The notes under the pieces: generated by a model
Databases searched by the model: none
Seen by the model: only the letters and a program-made list of their open reading frames with translations
Told to the model about the DNA's origin: nothing
Program-made: the position numbers and the translations under genes
Shown here: positions 26,777 through 34,242 of the stretch, piece after piece
Position numbering within the stretch: position 1 is the first letter of the stretch
How the letters are laid out: every line of letters starts with the position of its first letter
IMG/VR virus record: IMGVR_UViG_3300050158_000041
Coordinates: 1-35,357 of that record
DNA from: a virus
Lineage: Duplodnaviria > Caudoviricetes
Reading direction: 5' to 3' (one strand)
Length of the DNA: 35,357 nt

Positions 26777-26982
26777 GGTGCTGTTGCCAAGAGCGGTCAA
26801 AGCCAGGAGTAATCCAGACGGCGATTCAATCCGACTAACAACAACCATTCAGGGCTCCGCAAACGCCATGCCCACTGAACGCTACAGGTCAACAAAGCGA
26901 TGCGTGTTTAACCCCATACGGATTGTGCTGTTGGGGATTTGTTGTTTCTGCAATAGGAAAAGGCCCCCGAAGGAGCCTTTTG
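26777..26982 (+). ncRNA. Candidate ~205-nt structured ncRNA
   Basis: TAAATA 26767 to terminator AAAAGGCCCC-CGAA-GGAGCCTTTT. Multi-branch pairing and no convincing ORF. Confidence 0.5.
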
Positions 26983-26992
26983 TGTGTCTGCC

Positions 26993-27169
26993 TCAATCAA
27001 ACGGCAGAACAATGTCTAAGTCCTGTTGCCTTTCCCACCAGTGTTCGTGTTCCTGGTGAGCGACTTGCCATTCTTCCATCGTGATCTCGGTGACTTCAAC
27101 ATCGAGTTCTTGACGACTGAACAGAAGCCGCATACGCATCGCTTCACTCAGCGGTATTTCCTTCTTCAT
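26993..27169 (-). CDS. Small acidic hypothetical protein (58 aa; below the ORF-track cutoff)
   Basis: AGGAG RBS. MKKEIPLSEAMRMRLLFSRQELDVEV...VLPFD*. Ends just before the bidirectional terminator at 26958-26981. Confidence 0.7.
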   Translation of the reverse strand: MKKEIPLSEAMRMRLLFSRQELDVEVTEITMEEWQVAHQEHEHWWERQQDLDIVLPFD

Positions 27170-27404
27170 TGGTAACTCCTAAATGCCATCCGATTGACGG
27201 CAAAGGTACTTTCCAATGAGTACCAAATAGAGGCTACCAATCAGCTTACGGTTTAGGCTGGTACTGGCATTCCTTTGGCTAAACCCTTCATCTTCAATCA
27301 AATGCTGGGGCTTGGCTACTAAAGAGCATTCATTTCAGGAGGCGTTTATGTCCCCTTGCATAAATAAGAGAGCCGGTGAAGGAATCCGGCGAAGGAGAAC
27401 AACT

Positions 27405-27665
27405 ATGAGTTCGCAGAGTGAAGGGGAAGCCATGACAAGGCGATGCGACATGACAGAGGACGAGCGCAAGGAACACGACGCAAACACAGCTTACGAATGG
27501 CGCAAGGAGGCCGGAGAGGCACACAAGGCGTACATGAGGAACTACATGCGCGAGTACCGGGCGAAGAACGTTGAGAAGCTACGCGCCTACAGGAATGAAT
27601 GGCGCAAGAAGAAGCGAGCGGCAGAGAAAGCAGCTGAACAGAACGGTCAACAGTTGCCCTCTTGA
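27405..27665 (+). CDS. Small basic protein with YMRNYMREYR repeats
   Basis: TAAATA 27361, AAGGAG RBS. Same repeat type as 23618..24517. Confidence 0.75.
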   Translation: MSSQSEGEAMTRRCDMTEDERKEHDANTAYEWRKEAGEAHKAYMRNYMREYRAKNVEKLRAYRNEWRKKKRAAEKAAEQNGQQLPS

Positions 27666-27718
27666 TCGAATTAGGGGACGTAACGACAATGAAGACATCA
27701 ACGCTAGGGAGAACGACC

Positions 27719-28063
27719 ATGAAGACACTACTGACCATCATCGCAACACTACTGATCACTGGCTGTTCGGCGGCTGTTCACAAGGGGGAGCCGCTGACAA
27801 ACCAAGAAGCACTAATGGTGAAGCGGTGCGAGAAGGCAATGGTGTTCAAGTGGCCTACATCGTCCAAGATCGTTCGCACAGAGACGGTGAAGCGGAATGG
27901 TCACGTTGATGTGCAGTCATTGGATGCGTCCTCTGATACCAACGTTAAGCATCTCGGCTGGTGTTCGATTGATGGCGGGGTGATTACTTCGGTTGCTTCT
28001 GACGGCCACACACTGAATGACGGCGAACTGTTATCTGTCGCAATGGCTGATCTGAACAAGTAA
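27719..28063 (+). CDS. Lipoprotein (paralog B)
   Basis: MKTLL...LITG-C lipobox, GGGAG RBS. Alternative in-frame start at 27689. Confidence 0.85.
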   Translation: MKTLLTIIATLLITGCSAAVHKGEPLTNQEALMVKRCEKAMVFKWPTSSKIVRTETVKRNGHVDVQSLDASSDTNVKHLGWCSIDGGVITSVASDGHTLNDGELLSVAMADLNK

Positions 28064-28083
28064 GCACACAGCCGCAAACAACG

Positions 28084-28107
28084 AAAGGGCCTCTAAGGGC
28101 CCTTTTT
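28084..28107. terminator. Bidirectional terminator
   Basis: AAAGGGCC-TCTAAG-GGCCCTTTTT between convergent genes. Confidence 0.8.
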
Positions 28108-28124
28108 CATTGGGGAAGACTGCT

Positions 28125-28283
28125 TTACTTCACTTGGACAACAGCAGTAATGCGCAGGTTCTTGATACCTTGTTCCTTCGCCATCGCCTTAACCTTTTGC
28201 TCAGCTTGTTCGGTGGTATCAGCTTCGACTTGGATGGTATAGACACGACCGACGCTAGAGCAGATGACGTTGAAGGTGAACAT
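28125..28283 (-). CDS. Small hypothetical protein (52 aa)
   Basis: GGAG RBS before ATG 28283. The I.VEA.T.EQA pattern is common in phage early proteins. Confidence 0.7.
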   Translation of the reverse strand: MFTFNVICSSVGRVYTIQVEADTTEQAEQKVKAMAKEQGIKNLRITAVVQVK

Positions 28284-28353
28284 TTGGAACTCCGGTTGCT
28301 TTGTTGCTTGCGATGAGTCCACTATCTAAGGGCAGTACCAATAAGACAACGAG

Positions 28354-28378
28354 AAAAGCCGGCTCAAGGCCGGCTTTT
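28354..28378 (-). terminator. Intrinsic terminator
   Basis: AAAAGCCG-N9-CGGCTTTT after the 28396..28773 gene. Confidence 0.8.
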
Positions 28379-28395
28379 GTTATGGGTGGTTTGCC

Positions 28396-28773
28396 TCACT
28401 TCTTCGACAGCTCCTTGGAAATGTTTGCGTAGTAGGTAGCAGAGCCAGCCGGAGACAGGCCGATCTGTGCGAACTGGGCCAGGATTTCTTTGCGAGACAG
28501 CTTGCCGAAATGCTTGGCCATGATCGCCCGAGCCTTGTCCACCTTGCTCTCACCCTTCGCTTCCTTGGTCTCTGCGGGCTTCGGCTCAGGCATCACCAGC
28601 TTGCCGCTCATCTTTTGCATCATCGCCTTCTGTTCGTCCACCAGCTTCATCGTGGCTGCATCGGCGATCTTGACAACCGGCTTGACTGCTTCGACTGCGT
28701 TTTCCGGAGCAGCGGTGTTGTTGTCAGCCTTCACAGCCTTGACGGACTTGGTAGCGGTGGTCTTGGTAGCCAT
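28396..28773 (-). CDS. Phage protein with Lys/Ala-rich N-terminus and a C-terminal HTH-like domain
   Basis: AAGGGA RBS before ATG 28773. SK..KARAI...RKEI.....GL..AG.ATYY.N pattern. Confidence 0.8.
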   Translation of the reverse strand: MATKTTATKSVKAVKADNNTAAPENAVEAVKPVVKIADAATMKLVDEQKAMMQKMSGKLVMPEPKPAETKEAKGESKVDKARAIMAKHFGKLSRKEILAQFAQIGLSPAGSATYYANISKELSKK

Positions 28774-28918
28774 TTGGAAATCCCTTCGTTGGGTTGGTTG
28801 CGGTGAAGTCAACTATCCCTAGGTCTACCAAACAAACAACTGCTGATAAACACCCACAAGACGACCGTTGCCTCCAAACGCCTAAATACCCTCCATAACA
28901 ACTACAAGGGATTTGGCG

Positions 28919-29362
28919 ATGTCAGACATCATTCCAGGCCGTGAGGCTCATCCGGGCAAGCAGGGACGTGAGCTGTCGCGTGCTTCTGAAGACCAACTGA
29001 AAACAATCCATCACCTAGCGTCACAGGGTAAGTCGCTCCGAATCATTGCGGCTCGTATTGGCATTTCGTACACAACGCTTGACGCATGGCTAGGAAACAG
29101 CAGGGAGAAGGCGAAATACGCTGATCCTCGCGTTCGTGCTGCGTGGGAAGCTGGTATTGCAGAACATGAAGACGCGTTGACAGGTGTTCTCCACAGCGCA
29201 ATTGATAACCCAAAGCACAAGATGCAGATTCCGGCAGCGATGTTCATGCTGAAGGTAAAGCACAAGTGGTCAGAACGTCATGAGGTTGCGGTAAGCGAAC
29301 AACCTAAAGCTCCCGTCAAGTTCAAAACCAAGGACATCACACCAGATCAGGACAGCGAATGA
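28919..29362 (+). CDS. terS: Terminase small subunit
   Basis: HTH (IAARIGISYTTL..W) and A.MF.LK..H.W motif. Immediately upstream of terL. TAAATA 28883. Confidence 0.85.
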   Translation: MSDIIPGREAHPGKQGRELSRASEDQLKTIHHLASQGKSLRIIAARIGISYTTLDAWLGNSREKAKYADPRVRAAWEAGIAEHEDALTGVLHSAIDNPKHKMQIPAAMFMLKVKHKWSERHEVAVSEQPKAPVKFKTKDITPDQDSE

Positions 29363-30744
29363 GTGAAGCAGTCTTAAATGGCTGCGAGGTGATGCCTTGG
29401 GACCTGCTAGACGAAGAAGTACATGACCAACAAACAGACGAACAGGATCAGTACTTTGAGGTTGAGCTTCTACGGCACCAGAAGCAGTTTGTAGACGACA
29501 CAACCACCCGCGAAATCGCTCTTGTCGGGGGTTTTGGCTGCGGAAAGACTGAGGCGCTGGTCTACAAAGCGGTCACGTTAGCGGCTCTCTGTGCAGGCAA
29601 GTTGAAGGACGACGGGATTGGCCTACTGATAGAGCCAAACGATACACAGGTAAGGCAGCTACTTCGCCCACGGTTTGAGGCGATCTGCAACAACCTCAGC
29701 ATTCCGTTTTCTGTCAAGAACTCACCACGCCTTATCTACACACTGCATTTCGAAGACGGCGACGTTCCGATTCTAATGATGCCTGCCGGGAGCGGTGCAG
29801 ACTCGTTCCGTGGCTTTCAGTGCGCGTTCGTAGGCGTTGATGAAGCTGACACGATGGACCCCGTTAACTTGTGGGACCTGTGGATTAGCTTGTCGTCTCG
29901 TATGCGCGGCTGTACTGATCCGAAGTACCCACACTATCAGCTGTTTGCTACGACGACTCCTGAAGGCTTCGGGTTTTGCTATCAGAACTGGGTTTCCGAT
30001 CTTGAAGAACGGCCTGACCTAAGTGCAAAACGGAAGCTGGTCAAAGGCAAGACAAAGTGGAATCCGTATTTGCCGTTTGACTACATCGATAACTTGGAGG
30101 CTCGTTATCCTAAGGTGTTGTTGTCAGCCTATTTGGAAGGCGAATTTGTCAACCTAGAAGGCAACATCGTCTATACCGAGTTTGATCGAGCATTAAATGG
30201 CACTTCAAAGACGCTTAGTGACTTCAACGAGAAACAGATTATCCACATTGGCGTGGACTTCAACAATAACAAGACATGTGGCATTGTGTCAGTTATTGAC
30301 GGTGGCGTTCCGTACATTGTTGATGAGATAACAGGCCAACGTAATACAAAAGCTCTGTGTGAGGAAATCAAAGAGCGTTATCCCAACCGTGCAGTCTACA
30401 TTTACCCGGACGCTGCTGGACGGCAAGTGACAACCAATGCGGACGCTTCAAACCTACAAATCCTGAAAGAAGCAGGTTTCCAAGTATTCGCGCACGGCAA
30501 GAACCCACGCGTCAGTAACCGTGTGGCGAGCGTTAATGCGATGTTTTGCAATGCCAAGGATGAACGCCGCATGTTTGTTAATACGAAGAAGTGCCCGGTA
30601 TTGACGAAAACGCTAGAGCAACAGAAATACCACAACGGCGAACCAGATAAGAAGCACGATCTTGACCACCCGAACGACGGCTTAGGCTATTTCGTTTGGT
30701 ATCGCTTCCCGATCATCGGTCGTCCTACTGCGTCCATTGGTTGA
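29359..30744 (+). CDS. terL: Terminase large subunit
   Basis: Walker A GGFGCGKT, Walker B VGVDE, TTTPEG coupling motif, and nuclease motifs GVDFN and DHPND. Confidence 0.97.
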   Translation: MSEAVLNGCEVMPWDLLDEEVHDQQTDEQDQYFEVELLRHQKQFVDDTTTREIALVGGFGCGKTEALVYKAVTLAALCAGKLKDDGIGLLIEPNDTQVRQLLRPRFEAICNNLSIPFSVKNSPRLIYTLHFEDGDVPILMMPAGSGADSFRGFQCAFVGVDEADTMDPVNLWDLWISLSSRMRGCTDPKYPHYQLFATTTPEGFGFCYQNWVSDLEERPDLSAKRKLVKGKTKWNPYLPFDYIDNLEARYPKVLLSAYLEGEFVNLEGNIVYTEFDRALNGTSKTLSDFNEKQIIHIGVDFNNNKTCGIVSVIDGGVPYIVDEITGQRNTKALCEEIKERYPNRAVYIYPDAAGRQVTTNADASNLQILKEAGFQVFAHGKNPRVSNRVASVNAMFCNAKDERRMFVNTKKCPVLTKTLEQQKYHNGEPDKKHDLDHPNDGLGYFVWYRFPIIGRPTASIG

Positions 30745-30791
30745 TGGGTGGACAGATAAATACCGATTACAACAAGAACAAAGGTTAGCGA

Positions 30792-32297
30792 ATGATTAAC
30801 AACAACACGAAAGACGAACAGGTACTCGTTGCAGGTCTTTCAGCTGGCGAATTGGTTGGGATGCTGAAGTGCGACGAAGCAGAGTTCGCAGCCAAAGCAC
30901 TGAACTACTACGACGGCAAGCAAGAGAAGGAAATGGTCGAACTGCTCAACCATCCCGAAAAGGGCCGTAAGCAGTGGAAGAAGCGTGGCTACATCGCCCG
31001 TCACCGCAATCTGACCAAGATGATCGTTGAGAAGAGCGCAATGCTGTTCAAGGACGCACCGCCGCAGCTGGAGGTTCGTCTTCCTGGCAGCGATCAACCG
31101 TCCGTCCCTGCGACTGAAGCGGTTGTTGATCTGCTGGACGGTACGGAATGGCAAGAGACGATGGCGAACCTAGACGCTGTAGTCCGCCTGCTGAAGACTG
31201 GCCTGTTGCTTGTTCAGTGGGATACGGCAGAAGGCAAGCCGGTGTTTGACATCCTGCACCGCGGAAACGCAGCTGTTGTGACGAACCCGCTGACGAAGGG
31301 TGTAGACGTACTGGTTCAACGCACGGGCTGCTCCGGCAAGGCTCACTACTACCGCATCTGGTCTGCTGAGACGATTTGGGATGTCGTTGAGCTTGACCAG
31401 GACGTATCGCTATCCGCCACGACTCCGAACACGTACGGCATCGTTCCGGTGGCTGTGTTCTATGACACCAACGCACCACGTAACGGCTTCTGGGTCGATG
31501 CGCCTCGTGACCTAGTGAACGTCAATGAGATGTACAACCTGCACCTGACTGACAGCGAATTTGCTATCAGCTGGATGAAGCGCCCGAGCCTGTTCACCAA
31601 CTGCACGCTTGATGGCTACACAGACGAACAGATCGAAGTCGCTGAGGTGTACGGCTCTGTCCTGCCTCGCGCTGTCTCTCGCACGCCTTCTCTCACAGCT
31701 GGCCCGGACATCGCAGTTGTGGTTGGCAGCAGTGGTGGTGACACGCCTTTCATCGATTACAAGTCTCCGCAGATCGACCTGAAGCCAATGGACGACGTTG
31801 TTCAGGGCTGGGTGAAGCAAACGGCTGCTGATTGGTCTGTCCGTGTTCGCGCTGATGGTGAAGGCAAGGCTACGAGCGGTTTCCAAGTCGTCGTAGAGGA
31901 AATGCCAAACCTAGAGCTGCGTCAGCTACGCCAGCGCATGTTTGAAGCGGGTTTTAAGCGTTTCTATCGCCAACTAGCCGCTGTTTCTCCTATCGGATTG
32001 CCTGTCGAAGCTCAGTTGTTCGCTGTCTTCGCTAAACCAAACCTGCCAGTCGATCACAAGGCTGAAGAGGATGTGTGGAGCGTTCGCATCAAGGAAGGCC
32101 GCGCTACTGAGCTTGACTACTACATGCAAACGCAAGGCCTATCGAAAGACGAAGCAATGGCTAAGTGGGTCGAGGTTTGTGAGTTCCGTCAAGCGAAGGC
32201 AAAGATTGACCAGCTGCTAGCACCAGAAGTAGAACAGGACGCACAGAAAGACGTTCAAGAAGAAGATAAAGCAGAGAACGAAAACCCAGCAGAGTAA
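30792..32297 (+). CDS. Portal protein (SPP1-like)
   Basis: 501 aa after terL, with YY.G.Q and N.YG.VP motifs. TAAATA 30757. Confidence 0.88.
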   Translation: MINNNTKDEQVLVAGLSAGELVGMLKCDEAEFAAKALNYYDGKQEKEMVELLNHPEKGRKQWKKRGYIARHRNLTKMIVEKSAMLFKDAPPQLEVRLPGSDQPSVPATEAVVDLLDGTEWQETMANLDAVVRLLKTGLLLVQWDTAEGKPVFDILHRGNAAVVTNPLTKGVDVLVQRTGCSGKAHYYRIWSAETIWDVVELDQDVSLSATTPNTYGIVPVAVFYDTNAPRNGFWVDAPRDLVNVNEMYNLHLTDSEFAISWMKRPSLFTNCTLDGYTDEQIEVAEVYGSVLPRAVSRTPSLTAGPDIAVVVGSSGGDTPFIDYKSPQIDLKPMDDVVQGWVKQTAADWSVRVRADGEGKATSGFQVVVEEMPNLELRQLRQRMFEAGFKRFYRQLAAVSPIGLPVEAQLFAVFAKPNLPVDHKAEEDVWSVRIKEGRATELDYYMQTQGLSKDEAMAKWVEVCEFRQAKAKIDQLLAPEVEQDAQKDVQEEDKAENENPAE

Positions 32298-32313
32298 TAC
32301 CGATCTGCACAGT

Positions 32314-32342
32314 AAAGAGGCCCTCCGGGGCCTCTTTGTTTT
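32314..32342 (+). terminator. Intrinsic terminator after portal
   Basis: AAAGAGGCC-CTCCGG-GGCCTCTTT+GTTTT. Confidence 0.85.
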
Positions 32343-32398
32343 GGGAAAGCATAAATACATCCAGCAACCCCGGATGGGGTCATTTAAGGAGAAGCTGG

Positions 32399-33022
32399 AT
32401 GGCTGACGAAAACAACGTTCAAGTTGTTGAACAAGAACAGACACAAGTGTCGGATGACACAACCCAATCCCAAGTCGAATCGCAACAGACGGATGTCGAT
32501 GTTGATGACGTAGAGGCAAAGATTGCTGATCTACAAGCGCAACTAGCGAAGCAGCAAGAGATTGTTGAGAAGGCCCGTAAAGGCGAGAAGTACCAAAAGA
32601 GCAAGGCAGATGCTGAGGTCAAGAAGGTACTGGCGCAATACGAAGCCGAGAAGGCGCGCGCAGACGCCCTAGAGCAAAAGATTCGCAACGGTGCAATGGA
32701 CGGTGCCCTCCGTCAAGCGCTCAGCGAGAACGGTGCTAAAGCTGTGGATACGGCTTTGAAGTTGGTTGACCGAAGCGCAATCAAGATCGGTGACGACGGC
32801 TCAGTAAATGCAGATTCTGTTAAGGCAGTAATCGATGCATTGAAGGCTAGCGACTCGATTCTGTTTGACGCAGTAACGGAAGCCGCTCAAGCAACCAAAA
32901 CTGCTCCACCTGCGGTACGAGCTACTGAGGCCGACAAGATTTCTGGTTATGCAGCTGAAATGATGGCTGCTAAAACATCAAAGGAAGTACAGGCGGTTCT
33001 AAAGAAGTACGGTAAAGCATAA
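32399..33022 (+). CDS. Capsid scaffolding protein
   Basis: Acidic N-terminus and coiled coil, lies between portal and capsid. TAAGGAG RBS favours ATG 32399. TAAATA 32352. Confidence 0.85.
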   Translation: MADENNVQVVEQEQTQVSDDTTQSQVESQQTDVDVDDVEAKIADLQAQLAKQQEIVEKARKGEKYQKSKADAEVKKVLAQYEAEKARADALEQKIRNGAMDGALRQALSENGAKAVDTALKLVDRSAIKIGDDGSVNADSVKAVIDALKASDSILFDAVTEAAQATKTAPPAVRATEADKISGYAAEMMAAKTSKEVQAVLKKYGKA

Positions 33023-33069
33023 ATACCGGTACGTCTCCAAAAACAACAACAACAAACGGAGTTTAGAAA

Positions 33070-33990
33070 ATGGCATTTACAAGCAACCTGACTGGTACAG
33101 CGCAAATTGACGACAGCATCGTCCTAGCCTATGACCAGCAATTCATCGTTACTGTCGGCGAAGAAACCGCAATGGACCAATTCGCACAGTACAAGCAAGA
33201 AATCGACGCTAAGTCGATTCAGCTGACCAAGTACAACCGTCTGTCCCTGGCAACTACGCCTCTGTCGGAAACTGTGGACATTACGTCTGAAGCAGTGAAC
33301 GACAGCCAGATCCTGATTGCGCCTGTTGAATACGGTAACGCTGTTACTAAGACAAATCTGGCATCGCTGCAATCTGGCGGCAAGATTGACCTCGCTATTC
33401 CTACCCTCGTTGGTAAGAACATGGCGATGGTTAAGAACAAGCTGGCAATGCTGGCTCTGGAAGCATCGAGCAACGCTCTGATCATGAACGGTAAGACAGA
33501 ACCTACTCTGGCTTCTACCGACATCATCACCGGTAACCAACTGAACGTCATGTACAACAAGCTGGCACGTGCAAACGTTCCTACTGTTGCTGATGGCATG
33601 TATGTGATGGTTGCACACGACGACGTTATTCACGACCTGCGCCAAGACGCTGGCTGGATCAACGTTGCTACCTACCAGAACGCTTCGATGATCCTGAAGA
33701 ACGAAGTTGGTTCGTACCGTGGCTTCAAGGTCGTTCGTAACAACCTGGCATTCGTTGCTGACCAGTCTGGTGCTGGTACGGTTGATACGTACAAGACAGC
33801 CTTCTTCGGCGCAAACGGTCTGGGTCTGGTTGAGAGCCAAGCTCCTCGCCTGACCATCACCGGTCCGTTCGATACCCTGGGCCGCACTATCAACATCGGT
33901 TGGTACGGCGTTTTCAAATACGCCATCGTTGATACCGACGCTGTGTGGACTCTGATGTCTGCTTCGAGCGTTGGCGCTAACTTGGTGTAA
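33070..33990 (+). CDS. Major capsid protein (N4-gp56/P22-coat-like HK97 fold)
   Basis: 306 aa with EYGN, Y....H.DV..DLR.D, EVG...G and D.LGR....GWYG motifs. TAAATA overlaps the scaffold stop (33020). Strong terminator downstream. Confidence 0.92.
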   Translation: MAFTSNLTGTAQIDDSIVLAYDQQFIVTVGEETAMDQFAQYKQEIDAKSIQLTKYNRLSLATTPLSETVDITSEAVNDSQILIAPVEYGNAVTKTNLASLQSGGKIDLAIPTLVGKNMAMVKNKLAMLALEASSNALIMNGKTEPTLASTDIITGNQLNVMYNKLARANVPTVADGMYVMVAHDDVIHDLRQDAGWINVATYQNASMILKNEVGSYRGFKVVRNNLAFVADQSGAGTVDTYKTAFFGANGLGLVESQAPRLTITGPFDTLGRTINIGWYGVFKYAIVDTDAVWTLMSASSVGANLV

Positions 33991-34007
33991 TCAACTGAGT
34001 AACTGAC

Positions 34008-34031
34008 AAGGCCCGCTTCGGCGGGCTTTTT
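34008..34031 (+). terminator. Intrinsic terminator after capsid gene
   Basis: AAGGCCCGC-TTCG-GCGGGCTTTTT. Confidence 0.9.
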
Positions 34032-34047
34032 CATTTGGAGATTAGAA

Positions 34048-34242
34048 ATGGCATACAAACGAAAGACAAAACCCGCCAACGAAGTGCAACCAATAAATAC
34101 TCAACGCAAATACGAAGTAATCGTTCGTGAACTGCGCGGTCAAGTAAATGCCCGCAAGTTTATTGGCAGGCAGGGCGACATCCTAGAAATGGAGCCATGG
34201 GAAGCAAAGTTGCTTTCCGCATACGTTAAAGAGGTTCAGTAA
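34048..34242 (+). CDS. Small hypothetical head-module protein (64 aa)
   Basis: GGAG RBS, TAATG coupling to the next gene. Contains an internal ATAAATA at 34093-34099. Confidence 0.7.
   Translation: MAYKRKTKPANEVQPINTQRKYEVIVRELRGQVNARKFIGRQGDILEMEPWEAKLLSAYVKEVQ

Noticed and set aside
26777-26847. Canonical tRNA gene
   Set aside because: The acceptor stem pairs poorly and there is no 7-nt anticodon loop. Kept only as part of an ncRNA candidate.
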